Positions 26,701 to 38,292 of a stretch of 64,000 nucleotides of DNA are shown in pieces. The notes beneath the pieces are model-generated. The model worked only from the letters and a program-made list of their open reading frames with translations. It did not search any database and was not told the origin of the DNA. This stretch comes from Hydrolagus colliei (lineage: Eukaryota). Position numbers and translations under genes: made by a program. Location of the stretch: NCBI GenBank assembly GCA_035084275.1, contig CM068742.1:154504001-154568000 (forward strand). The letters run 5' to 3'. Each line of letters begins with the position of its first letter. Positions within the stretch are counted from its first letter, which is position 1.

Positions 26701-27044
26701 GTGAGTTACACCTTCCAATTTGTTTCATGGAATCTTTATCTTGTCTTCAAATCTCCCCACTCCTCTGCCCCCCCCACCCTACCTCTCTGACCTCCTCTCT
26801 CCCCAAAACAGCGCCCGGGTCTGGCCTCCTCCTTGTCCCGCGAATCCTCCGCTCCACCATCGGCGGCCGTGCCTTCAGCCACGACTCCCCGAGGCTCTGG
26901 AACTCCCTCTCTCACTCCCTTCGCCCTCCCCTCCTCTCTTCCTGCTTTCAGGTCTCGGCTAAAGACCTTTCTTTTCGACCGGACTTAAGGTCACCTGCTT
27001 CCCCCTCCCACTGGCTCGGTCCGGGATCCGTCATTGTGAAGCGC

Positions 27045-27285
27045 TCTCTCGCTCACTCTCCTTATCTTTTTCAATACTCTCTCTCGCTCACTCTTTCGCT
27101 CACTCACTTTCTTGCTCACTCGCTCACTCTCTCGCTCACTCTCCTGCTTGATGTTTTTCAGTACTCTCACCCCGCTCACTCTTTTGCTCACTTACTCGTT
27201 TGCTCTCTCTTGCTCACTCTCTCGCTCTCACTCTCGCGCTCACTCTCTCGCTCACTCTCGCGCTCACTCTCTCGCTCACTCTCCT
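27045..27285 (+). repeat. (CTCG/CTCA/CT)n low-complexity tract abutting the exon 4 acceptor
   Basis: Direct reading. Confidence 0.9.
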
Positions 27286-27300
27286 GCTTGTGTTTTACAG

Positions 27301-27335
27301 TACACTGAAGAGGGCGTTTGATGTCTTTAAACAAC
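27301..27335 (+). CDS. PSTPIP2: PSTPIP2 exon 4 (TLKRAFDVFKQ)
   Basis: ttttacAG/GTAAGT, 35 nt. Human equivalent is TLKRALEVFKQ. Confidence 0.93.
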
Positions 27336-27854
27336 GTAAGTATCTGTTGACCTGATCTGCTTTGAGTATGAGGAACTTCTGATTGCTTTGCTCAGCGCTT
27401 TGACAGTGTATTTCCTCCTGTGATTACGAGAGGCTCTGGTTAGGGAAACACTATCTTCTGCTCTTAACTTCCTTCTAGTTAGACCTTTGAAATGTCGGCC
27501 AATAATTCTCTGCCTGTGTTTGTGACTGGCTTATCCAATGGTCTGTTCCCTGGGCTGGTGAGTGCCTGATAAGCTCCTGAGTGAACTCTGCCATAGCCGA
27601 GCCCTTTCCTCTCGCTATCTCCCCCCAGGCCTCTGCCTCCACCTGCTCCCTTCTCCTGTAGCTCAGTGGATAGAGCACTCGCCTTACAAGCTTGAGACTT
27701 GTGTTCGAATCCAGGCAGAAATCAGCTTGTGGAGGGAAGCCTTGGCATGTCCTCTCCCACACCAGGCCCTGTGACCCCATCACTCCAACCCTCACCCGGC
27801 TCCACTGACTTCCCATCCCCCATAGAGTTCAAACTCCTCGCCTTCATAGCCTCT

Positions 27855-28178
27855 GTAGCTCAGTGGTTAGAGCGCTCGTCTTACAAGCGTGAGACCTGTG
27901 TTCGAATCCAGGCAGGTCAGGGCCAAACCTTGGGCAAGTTCCCTTACTCCACACACCTAATAATAATCTGTCCAAAAAAACCCCACAATAATAAAATTGG
28001 TCATTTTCAATCCATGACTGTTTGTGGGTCAGGGATGTTGCTGTGCGCAATTGGCTGCTGCGTTTCGCCCACAAAATATACAGTCAATTCACTTTATAGT
28101 ATATTCTGTGAAGCGCTTTGAGACGTCGATAAGATATGAAAAGCCCTATTTCAAGTGCAAGGATTATTATTATTATTA
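27855..28178 (+). mobile_element. tRNA-derived Deu-domain SINE
   Basis: Full copy. Confidence 0.9.
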
Positions 28179-29180
28179 CACGGCCTTGCTCCTCTCTACC
28201 GCTATGAACTACTAAACCTTTACTAAACTTGTCCCCTCAGCCTGCTCCTTGGTGACAGTTCTCTCCCTGCCCACTGGCGGCTTGGCCACTGTCCTCTCAC
28301 TCTGTGTTGGCGTGGCAACCATGAGTGTGGAGAGATACTTCCTGGTGTCTGTGCTGGTATTGACACTCGCCCCCTGGTCTCTCTCACTTTCTTGCTCTCA
28401 CTCGTTCTCTCGCTCACTCTCTCCTAAAATGTTATGAGAAACTCTGCAAAGATCTTCCTACTCGACTGAGCCTTCAATCACTCCCCTAACCCCCAACCCT
28501 CCCTACCCTCCTAACCCCAAACTCCAGCTCGGGTCCAAATGCCTGATTATCCAGCACCTTGGGATGTCCTTGCGATGTGAAAGGCACTTTGTTAATTAAA
28601 ACTATTGAACAGTACAGAATTTGTTGGGGTACAGATACCAAGCGAAAAGTTTTAAGAAACCAATTTGCTTTCTGAACCTTTACCAAAACTGCTCACTTTG
28701 TGTTGCGTTTCTCTTAAGGAAAATTATGTTGTTTTTCTATATCCCAGCTAACATTTAGTAATGGTATACAGGAGTATTCTAAACTCTAGATGTTTCTGAG
28801 CATTGATTAAAACAGCAAATTTTTCACTACTTGTTTACAGTCGAATGTCATGTTGTAAAAAGATCACTGTGTTAAACAATGGGAGAAGTTGTGTGAGACA
28901 AAAATATTTTTCACCCGGATATTGTTTTAGGATGTTAAGTCTATTATATATTCATGATAAAATCATAGAATTTTACGGCACAAAAGGAGGCCATTCGGCC
29001 CATCTAGTCTGTGCCGGCTCTTTAAAAAGACCAACTCAATCCCACTGCCCAGCTCTCTCCCCATAACCTAACTGACATGTTCTCCCTAATTAAAGATCAA
29101 ATTCTCTTTTAAAAGCTGTTATGGAATCGGCCTCCCCCACCTTTCCAGGCAATGCATTCCAGATTCCAACAACCCGCTGA

Positions 29181-29380
29181 NNNNNNNNNNNNNNNNNNNN
29201 NNNNNNNNNNNNNNNNNNNNNNNNNNNNNNNNNNNNNNNNNNNNNNNNNNNNNNNNNNNNNNNNNNNNNNNNNNNNNNNNNNNNNNNNNNNNNNNNNNNN
29301 NNNNNNNNNNNNNNNNNNNNNNNNNNNNNNNNNNNNNNNNNNNNNNNNNNNNNNNNNNNNNNNNNNNNNNNNNNNNNNNN
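29181..29380. other. Assembly gap (200 N), probable location of PSTPIP2 exon 5
   Basis: Exon 4 ends in phase 1 and exon 6 starts in phase 0, so an intervening exon is required. None was found in the sequenced part of 27336-31386. Confidence 0.75.
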
Positions 29381-29576
29381 GCAGTCAGCCTTTCTCTCTG
29401 TCATTCCTGAAACCCTTCTGCATCTCTCCCTCCCTTGCCTCCTTCAAGACCTTCCTCTTCGACCATGCCAGCCTCCTTCCTCCACCTCTCCTGCCTTCCG
29501 ACCTTCCCTAATCCCAACTCAGGTCCAAAACCTCTCATTGTCCAGCTACTTTGGACATCCTACCAATGGGCGAGAC

Positions 29577-30334
29577 AACAACAACAACAACAACAATTTA
29601 CATTTATATAGCGCCTTTCACGTCGGGAGGACGTCCCAAGGCGCTGCACAGGAGGCATGTGACCCGAGCTGGGAGGGGAGTGTTTGGGAAGGGGTGAAAC
29701 ACGAAGGGGAGGTAAAAGAGTTCGGGGTGGAACAAAAGGCACGATCGAAGAGGAAAGTCTTCAAATCGGCCTTGAAAGAGGAAAGGGAAGAGGCGAAACG
29801 GAGGGATTGAGGGATGGCATTCCATAAGGTGGGAGCGGAGAAACTGAAGGCCCGGCCTCCAATGGTGGGGCAGTTCGGGCGGGGGGCTTGGAGCAGGCCA
29901 AGTCCTGTTGAACGGAGGGTCTGGGTGGGCGTATAGGGGGAGAGTAGATTGGTTAGGTAGGATGGGGCAAGGCCGTGTAAGGCCTTTTAGGTGAGGACGA
30001 GGATCTTAAACTCGATCCTCTGGAGGATGGGGAGCCAGTGGAGACGGGCGAGGGTGGGGGTTATGTGGTCGCGGAGGCGGGTGCGGAATAGTACACGGGC
30101 TGCAGAGTTTTGGATGGCCTGCAGCCTGTGAATGGAGGAACTGAGGAGGCCGACGAGGAGAGAATTTCCGTAGTCCAGCCGTGAGGTGATGTATGCGTGC
30201 ACGAGTGTTTCGGCAGCGCGGGGGGTAAGATAGTTGCGGAGCCTGGCAATGTTGCGCAGATGGAAATAGGCGGTGCCGGTCAAGGTGCGGATGTGGGGGA
30301 GGAAGGAAAGTTTTTGATCGAACATGATGCCGAG
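29577..30334 (-). mobile_element. L2 LINE 3' fragment, same young family
   Basis: Near-identical to 18720-19480. Confidence 0.93.
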
Positions 30335-31024
30335 ACGCTGTGTAAATGCAGTTTGCTGTTGCAGTTGCTCTCTCTGTTGACGTTCGTGGCTGACGGATTT
30401 CGAGGCCACTCCAGGCCTGAAAATCTGTCACAACAACAAAACGAACACAAGATTTTGTTTCCATCTGAAATGAGGAAGTGTGTGAGTGCAGCTAAGAGGA
30501 AGAATACCTCAGCGGCCATTGAACCCACGCAGAGACATGTCATTGGCTTCCCAGCTCCTGGGCCCGCTGGTATCATCATGATTTCTCCCGCTACAAGTTC
30601 CGTGACCACATCACTCCCACCCTCGCCCGGCACCATTGCCTCCCCCATCCCCAGAGAATCAAATTCCTCAAGATCCTCGGTCCTCACCTGCAAGGCCATT
30701 CACGGTCTTGCCCCCTGTTATCTCTTTGACCTGCTTCCCCTTATGAACCTCCCCTCCGTACAGTGGGCTCTGGCCTACCCCATGTCCCCCGCCTGACCCA
30801 CCCTACTATTCCCTTTTCCAGGGGTAACAAACTCTTCAAAATAAAATTGAGAATCAGGTCCCTCAATCCACGACCGTTTGTGGGGACACTGCTGTGCGCA
30901 AATTGGCTGCCGAGTTTCACTCTCAAAATATGCAGTCAATTCACTTTGCAGCCTATTCTGTAAGTGCCTTGAGTCATCTCGAAGACGTGATATGGTGCCA
31001 TATCAAATGCAAGGATTATTATTA

Positions 31025-31177
31025 CAGGTGGACCCCGCTTAATGTCGGAGTTTCGTTCTTGTAAAGTGCGAGTTTAAGCGAAACGACGTTAAGCGAGGAT
31101 ATTTTCCCCGTAAGAATGAATGTAAACACTGGAGTTAGGTTCTTTTGGACATTTTTCGTCAACATTTTCTTTTAAAA

Positions 31178-31216
<39 letters not shown>

Positions 31217-31337
31217 CTCTCTGTCCATTTTGAACAACGTAATAGCGAACGTCACAACGTTAAATTAATACATGTTCCCAATCTATCAGCAATAACGAAA
31301 CAAGTTGACCGAGGCCATGTTCAGTGGGGTCTACCTG
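31025..31337. mobile_element. Tc1/mariner (Tigger/pogo-like) MITE
   Basis: TA|CAGGTGGACCCCGCT ... AGTGGGGTCTACCTG|TA: imperfect TIRs and TA target-site duplication, no coding capacity. Confidence 0.8.
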
Positions 31338-31386
31338 TATTGATATCATAATCTCAGTGGCTTTCGCTCCCTCTCTCTGGTTACAG

Positions 31387-31449
31387 GTTGAACATTTGAT
31401 GGAAAATCTTCACAAACACAAGTCAGCTTTGTACAAGAAAACCATGGAT
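31387..31449 (+). CDS. PSTPIP2: PSTPIP2 exon 6 (VEHLMENLHKHKSALYKKTMD)
   Basis: ttacAG/GTGAGT, 63 nt, phase 0. Ends in KKTMD as in PSTPIP2. Confidence 0.93.
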
Positions 31450-31844
31450 GTGAGTCTGTCGTTCACTGGCACCATTTAGCGTTCAGCCGCTAGGCCTCGT
31501 AACTCCGGACCCTCCACCCACACCCTCCGCCTTTCCCCCTCCTTCCCCATTTTCAGGTGGAGCCTGAAATCTTTCCTCTTCCAGCTTCCCTCCCGCTGGC
31601 TCAGTGCCGTGCTCTGCCTCCGCAGTCACGCGCTCTCGGGCGCTATCCTGCGTGAGAAGTGAATTCTTGATTGTTGCTTGTTGATTCTTGATTATGTGAA
31701 TAATCAAATCAGTTTTGGGGTCTGGGGTCTGGGAGAGGAATTGGCTCACACTGTAGTAGTTGGCTCAAAAAACTAGGCCTCTCAAAACGAGGGAATTAAA
31801 AAAAAACGCTGAGGCCCCCTCCCTCCCAACCCCATGCACTTACT

Positions 31845-32045
31845 TACTCACTCACTCACCCATCCGCTCACTCACTCACCCATCCACTCACTCACTCACC
31901 CACCCACTCACTCACTCACCCATCCACCCACCCAATCACTCACCCATCCAATCACTCACCCACCCACCCACTCTCCCTTCCTTCCTGCCTGCCTCCCTCC
32001 CTCCCTCCCTCCCTCCCCCACCCACTCACTCACTCACTCACTCAC
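31845..32045 (+). repeat. (CACT/CCAT/CCCT)n compound microsatellite
   Basis: Direct reading. Confidence 0.9.
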
Positions 32046-32890
32046 TCCTTGATCATTGTTGCTTCAAAATGATGAGCTTACACAGTGGAGTTCACACTGA
32101 CCCGATGGCTTGGGAGGATGTGTCAAATCGCTCACTGCTGCTTGGCTCGAACCCAAGTGTCAAATTTCCAAAGATCACAGGCAACACATTTTTGCAGGAT
32201 ATCCTTTAGTTTGCTTACTTCCTGAAGCTTTTTATTTTGGTTTATTTTCTCTTATTTAATTCTCTCTGAGCCGAGGAGAGAAGGGTTGGGTGGGGGGGGG
32301 GGGGGGGGGGGGGTAGTGGTCTATCCTGGGATCTCATACGTCCGTGGCTGTCACCCTATGAGCCCCACCTTCTTCCGTTCAGCGGGTTCCGGCCTGCTCC
32401 ACCAGATCCGCCCTACCATCGGTAAACAATATATAGTCAATTCACTTTACAGTATACTGTGTGAAGCACTTTGAGACACCTTAAAGACGTGATAAGTTGC
32501 TTTGCGCCTTGGCATGTCCTCCCGACGTGAAGCGCGCTCTATAAATGTAATTTTGTTGTTGTTAGATGCCTGGTGTAAGGATTATTATTATTACTTATCC
32601 GAGTCCCATTTAGTTTCCTATCAAAACCACTTATGATTTCTCTATCGCTGCTGTGCACAATTGGCTGCTGCGATTCGTCCACAAATATACAGTCAATTCA
32701 CTTTACAGTCTATTCTGTGAAGCGCATTGAGACACAGTCTAGAGGACGTGAAAAGCTCTGTATCAAATGCCAGGATCATTATTATTATGACCCATGACCT
32801 ATTTGCTACTCATTCCAGCTGTTGAATATTATTGCACATGCGCAAGTTATTAAACTATGTAACGTTAAACATTGTGATCGTTTACTGCAG

Positions 32891-32989
32891 TCAAAGAAGA
32901 CATACGAGCAGAAATGTAAAGACAAGGATGAGGCTGAGCAGCAGCTGAACAGAAATGCTGGATTAGGCAACAATAAACATATGGAAAAG
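32891..32989 (+). CDS. PSTPIP2: PSTPIP2 exon 7 (SKKTYEQKCKDKDEAEQQLNRNAGLGNNKHMEK)
   Basis: ctgcAG/GT, 99 nt. Family motif KK.YEQKC.DKDEAEQ. Confidence 0.95.
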
Positions 32990-33444
32990 GTGATAGCTAC
33001 CCCTCTAACCGCTGTGCGTGTCTAAACTCTGTGTGTCTTTCCCCAATTACCCCAGTCCTTGCCAGACTGCGCTGGCTCCCTGTCCCAGAGAGGATCGATT
33101 TCAAGATCCTCACGCTTGTATTTAAATCCCTCCACTCCCCTGCACCTTCCCCCCTATCTCTCTGACCTCCTCTCTCCTCACAGCAGCTCCCGTTGCCTTC
33201 GCTCCTCTGGGTCTGGCCTCCTCCATGTCCCCTCCGCTCCACCCTCGGCGGCCGTGCCTTCGGCCACTACCCCCCGAGGCTCTGGAACTCTGTTCCTCAC
33301 TCCCTTCACCTCGCTCCCCTCACCCCCGCTTCCCAGTTTCAGGTCTCAGCTAAAGACCTTCTCTTCGACCGCGCCTTTGGTCACCTTGCTCCCCGCCTCC
33401 CTCTGGACAACCTCCCGGTGTGACTAGTTCTGTCTCTGTTCCAG

Positions 33445-33490
33445 CTGCAAAGCAAAGCGCACCAGAGTAAGCAAGTGGCGGATGAGGCTG
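33445..33490 (+). CDS. PSTPIP2: PSTPIP2 exon 8 (LQSKAHQSKQVADEA)
   Basis: ttccAG/GTGAGT, 46 nt. Phase 0 to 1 fits exons 7 and 9. Confidence 0.88.
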
Positions 33491-33887
33491 GTGAGTGTGT
33501 GTGTGGGGGGGGGGGGGGTGATGTTGTTGGGGTGAGTGGAGGTAGTGGGGGCTGTTGGAGGAGGGTGTGGGGGTGGGGTGAATGTGGAGATGGGAGGCGA
33601 GGAATGTTGGAGGAATGGGAGGTTCGGGTGTGCAGGTGATGGGGATGTTGGAGCAGGGTGTGGTGGGGGGATCGGTGGTGGCTTGTGGGTGGTGATACAC
33701 ACTTTGGGTGGGGGGGGGATGTGGGTCTGTGGATGGATTGGGGGGGGAAGTGGGACAGGGCTGTGGGAGTGACTTGCTCTCCACCCTCACCACCAAGTCA
33801 GGCGACTGACGTGTGTGAACTCTTCTCCCTCCAAACACCCTCTCCCCACCCCCACCTCCACCCCCCTTTCCTGCCCTCTTCACATAG

Positions 33888-33967
33888 ATCGAATCTACTC
33901 TCAGAACATTGGGAGCCTAGAGAAGATCCAGAAGGACTGGGAGGTGGAGCACATCAAGACCTGTGAG
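33888..33967 (+). CDS. PSTPIP2: PSTPIP2 exon 9 (DRIYSQNIGSLEKIQKDWEVEHIKTCE)
   Basis: cacatAG/GTACG, 80 nt. Motif L.K....W..EHIK.CE. Confidence 0.95.
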
Positions 33968-34414
33968 GTACGAGCCACCTACTGTAAACAACAACATGGA
34001 TTTACGCCATGTTGCGCCCGTCACGGTGGGCAGTGTCTCGGAGCTGGACACCGAGTCCGGGGGAATGGGGATGGGATGTTGGGGGAGAGGGGAGGTGACT
34101 CTAAGCTCGGCCAAAGAGGAAGGTCTTTAGGTTATCATCTGGATATGGAGGAGGAGGGGACAAGGCAGAAGGGATTTAGAGAGAAAGAGTTCCATAGTTT
34201 GGGACACTGTGGCTGAAAGCATGGCCACTCGAAGCTGGGGTGGATGGTACGAGGGACAAACAGGAGGCCAGAGGCAGCTGAGCGGAGGCAGCGGGTAATG
34301 TACTGGGAGGTTAGGAGATATCCATCACATTCATAACACACGTGTCTGCCCCCTTTAATATTAAAGGTACTGGGTGCAAATCCCACAATCAATATGCAGA
34401 TAGATACAAAACAG

Positions 34415-34700
34415 ACAGTGTAGAGAGAGCTTTACTGTGTCTCTAACCCTGACCTGGGAGTGTGGACAGACGCACAGTGTAGAGGGAGCTTTACTGTGTC
34501 TCTAACCCTGACCTGGGAGTGTGGACACACAGTGTAGAGAGAGCTTTACTGTGTCTCTAACCCTGACCTGGGAGTGTGGACAGACGCACAGTGTAGAGGG
34601 AGCTTTACTGTGTCTCTAACCCTGACCTGGGAGTGTGGACAGACGCACAGTGTAGAGGGAGCTTTACTGTACCTCGAACCCTGACCTGGGAGTGTGGACG
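34415..34700 (+). repeat. ~59-bp minisatellite, 5 units
   Basis: Unit ACAGTGTAGAGGGAGCTTTACTGTGTCTCTAACCCTGACCTGGGAGTGTGGACAGACGC. Confidence 0.97.
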
Positions 34701-34756
34701 GAGCCACATTGATAGATGCTCAGTTATTAAAGCTGAATGTGTTTGATCTGGTTTAG

Positions 34757-34855
34757 ATGTTGGAGCAGCAGGACTGTGAGAGGATCTACGGGCTGAGGAA
34801 CAGCATGTGGGTCCACAGCAACCTGCTGTCACAGGAGTGTGTGGCCAATGATGAG
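34757..34855 (+). CDS. PSTPIP2: PSTPIP2 exon 10 (MLEQQDCERIYGLRNSMWVHSNLLSQECVANDE)
   Basis: gtttAG/GTGAG, 99 nt. Contains the family RN..W.H.N.LSQ.CV..DE motif with the conserved Trp. Confidence 0.95.
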
Positions 34856-34927
34856 GTGAGAGCTCGGTGGTGTCTCTACACTGAGCACATATACACACTG
34901 AGGGGTGGGCAGGATTCACTTTAGCGT

Positions 34928-35170
34928 GGAGTCCTGTAGTGGTTAGAGCACTCGCTTCGCAAGCGAGAAGGCCTGGGCTCGATTCCCAGGCCGAGCAAAA
35001 CCTTAGGCAAGTTTCCTTACTCCATACCTCGCAGTAAGTAGGAACCCGGTTGTCAGTCGATTAGCGGATTGATTTTCCGGGGGTAATAATCCCTAAAAAA
35101 AAAGATTTAGTCACTAAATCCACGACTGTTTGTGAGACACTGCTGTGTACAATTGGCTGCCACATTTAAC
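34928..35170 (+). mobile_element. Deu-domain SINE, long variant, 3' truncated
   Basis: Carries the extra segment GCAGTAAGTAGGAACCCGGTTG..GGCGGAT..TTTCCGGGG, absent from the short variant. Confidence 0.85.
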
Positions 35171-35205
35171 CCTGAATTCTGTCCGCAAATACATGGCTTT
35201 CATGC

Positions 35206-35550
35206 CATTTTAACTCTCCTCCCCACTCGCAGTCTGACCTCTCCGTCCACGGTCTCCTACGCTATTCCAATGAACCGCAGCGCAGGCTCGAGGACCAGCC
35301 CCTTCTCCATCAGCCCTCTGGCCTTAATGTTGATTTCAACAATTTCAGGCCATAGCAGCTCATCTCTCTCCTCTTCTGTGACCATCTGATCTGCCTGTTC
35401 TTTGGCTATGTCAGCCCCTCTGTTTGTTTTAATGTTATTAACACTTCTTTTCTGCCGTTTTGTTGCAACCCCCGCTTTTGTTTCACAACATTAACACCTC
35501 TTTAACCCATCATCTCCTGCCCTCCACCCCATTTTCCCCTTTGTCTCCCT
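35206..35550 (+). mobile_element. Penelope-like element: GIY-YIG C-terminal coding remnant plus 3' UTR
   Basis: Reads HFNSPPHSQSDLSVHGLLRYSNEPQRRLEDQ../..QPSGLNVDFNNFRP* (TAG 35353-35355), resembling the recalled Penelope C-terminus. Continues after the L2 insertion at ~37897-38090. Confidence 0.75.
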
Positions 35551-35561
35551 TGCCCTGTCTT

Positions 35562-37896
35562 GCCCTCCACCTCCAAACCCACCACCATCTTTTACCGGCC
35601 CTGGAAGAAGATTCCCCCTCAAACTTTCACCTCTGCCCTCGAAACCTCCGACCTCCTCCCACAGTGGCATTCTTTTTGCACCGACCCATCCTCCGCCTCC
35701 ACCACCCTCCACAACACCCTCTCCACTACCCTCGACACCCTGGCCCCCCTCACCTCCAAAACCGTCTCCCATTCCCGATCATCACCGTGGTACACAACTC
35801 ACCTCCGTTCCCTCAAAAGCCAAGTGAGAGCAGTTGAACGCACCTGGCTCAAATCTGGCCTCACGGTCCAACGCACCGGCAAATCTGGCTGGACCACATC
35901 AAATTTTCCCGCTCCGCCCTAGCCACCGCCAAATCAGCCTTCTACTCCAGGATAATCCTGGAAGCGAAGGACAACCACCGCCTCCTCTTCGCCACCACCA
36001 ACCAGCTCCTCCGCTCCCCCCGCCTCACCTCGCAGATCCTCTCCTCTAACGATCGCTGTGAGGAGATGTTGGACTTCCTCGAGTCCAAAATAGAGAGAAT
36101 CCGCTCCGCGGTTTCCTCCCCCCATCTCTCCTCCACCTCCGCCCCTCCATCCGTTACCTCAACCCCCACCCACCCCCCATTTCATACTTTCAACCCCACC
36201 ACCCCATCTTTAATCACAAAAATAATCACCTCCATGAAACCCACCACGTGCTCATTGGACCCCATCCCCACCCCCCTTCTCCACACCCAGCTCCACCTTT
36301 TGGCCCCGTTCATTTCTGACACCATTAACCTTTCCCTCTCCTCAGGCACCATCTCTACCTCCCTTAAAACCGCCACCATCACCCCTATCCTGAAGAAACC
36401 CTCCCTTGATGCGTCGCAACCATCAAGTTAACGACCCATCTCCAACCTCCTGTTTTTATCCAAGGTCCTTCAAAGACTGGTTGCCTCCCAGCTCCGCTCT
36501 TTCCTTTCAACTCACTCACTCCTTGAACCCCTCCAATCAGGTTTCTGCCCAATTCACAGCACAGAAACTGCCCTGGTCAAGGTCACAAATGACATCCTAA
36601 CCGCCTGTGACCAGGGCTCCCTCTGCCTCCTCGTCCTCCTTGACCTGTCTGCTGCGTTCGACACAGTCAATCACACCATCCTCCTTCAACGTCTTTCCTC
36701 CCACCTCAACCTTCAAGGCACAGTCCTTGACTGGTTCCATTCTTATTTGACCCACCGTTTACATTTTGTATCTTCCAATGGTTTTTCCTCAAACCCCCGC
36801 ACAGTTTCTCACGGCGTTCCTCAGGGCTCTGTCCTCGGTCCCCTCCTTTTCACCCTTTACACGCTCCCTCTGGGCGATGTCATCCCCAAACATGGGGTAA
36901 ATTTCCACATGTATGTGGACGACACACAGTTGTACCTTTCTGCCTCATCCCTCAACCCCCAGACGATCAATGTTCTGACAGCATGTCTGTCCGACATCGA
37001 ATCGTGGACGAGGGACAACTTTTTGCAATTGAACGTGAGTAAGACCGAGGCCCTCCTGATTGGCTCAAGCCAGCGCCTCCGCACATCGGGCGCTGCCAGC
37101 CTCAACATCCAAGGCTGCACTCTCCACCTCACAAAGCCAATCAGGAACCTCGGCATCACGTTTGACTAAAAACTCTCCTTCCTCCCCCACATCCGCGCCT
37201 TGACCGGCACCGCTTATTTCCACCTGCGCAACATTGCCAGGCTCCGAAACTATCTTACCCCCCGCGCTGCCGAAACACTCTTGCACGCATACATCACCTC
37301 ACGGCTGGACTACGGAAACTTTCTCCTCATCGGCCTCCCCCAGTACCTCCATTCACAGGCTGCAGGCCATCCAAAACTCTGCAGCCCGTGTACTATCCCG
37401 CACCCGCCTCCGCGACCACATAACCCCCACCCTCGCCCGTCTCCACTGGCTCCCCATCCTCCAGAGGATCGAATTCAAGATCCTCGTCCTCACCTTCAAG
37501 GCCTTACACGGCCTTGCCCCACCCTATTTAGATCTACTCTCCCCCTACACGCCCACCCAGACCCTTCATTCAACAGGACTTGGCCTGCTCCAAGCCCCCC
37601 GCCCGAACCGCCCCACCATCGGAGGCCGGGCCTTCAGTTTCTCCGCTCCCACCCTATGGAATGCCATCCCCCAATCCCTCCGTCTCGTTTCTTCCCTTTC
37701 CTCTTTCAAGGGCGGCTTGAAGACTTTCCTCTTCGATCGTGCCTTTTGTTCCACTCCGAACTCTTTTACCTCCCCTTCGTGTTTCACCCCTTCCCAAACA
37801 CTCCCCTCCCAGCTCGGGTCACACGCCTCCTGTGCAGCGCCTTGGGACGTCCTCCCGACGTGAAAGGCGCTCTATAAGTGTAATTTGTTGTTGTTG
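35562..37896 (+). mobile_element. L2 LINE, 5'-truncated, with stops and frameshifts
   Basis: Colinear with the reverse complement of 18720-21060. Stop at ~36430, further lesions at ~37169 and ~37340, YVDD instead of YADD. Confidence 0.95.
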
Positions 37897-37944
37897 TCTC
37901 TCCCTCCCTGTTAATCCTTAAAAGCCTCTCCCTCCCAACATACG

Positions 37945-38090
37945 CTCAGTTCTGATGAAGGCTCGTGGACCAGAAACATTGACTCACTTTTCCTCTCTCT
38001 CCATAGAGGCTGCCTGATCTGCTGAGTGTTTCAAACGGTTTCTGTTTGTGTTTCATATTTTCAGCAGCTGCAGTCTTATGCGATTTTGCA
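37945..38090 (+). mobile_element. Diverged copy of the hammerhead-bearing repeat
   Basis: CTGATGAAGGCTCGTGGACCAGAAACATTGACTC followed by the same downstream body. Confidence 0.75.
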
Positions 38091-38292
38091 AGAATTATGA
38101 TTATTTCTCACTCACTCGTTCCCTTTCACACCCGCTCTACCACACGCTCACGTTCTCTCACACACTCTCTCTCTCTCTGGTAATGAGACGCAACTGAGTA
38201 CTGTATGATCCAGGAAGTGAAACCTTTTGCCAGCTTTTGAGCTGAGGATTCTATCCGTTCCTCCTTTCCTTAATCCTCCTCATCCTCCTCAG

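Noticed and set aside
33350-33883. Pro/His/Gly-rich ORFs on both strands
   Set aside because: G-rich low-complexity intron around true exon 8; no coherent protein.
34415-34700. CRISPR-like appearance of the 59-bp repeats
   Set aside because: Contiguous tandem units with no unique spacers, no cas genes, and a vertebrate intron context.
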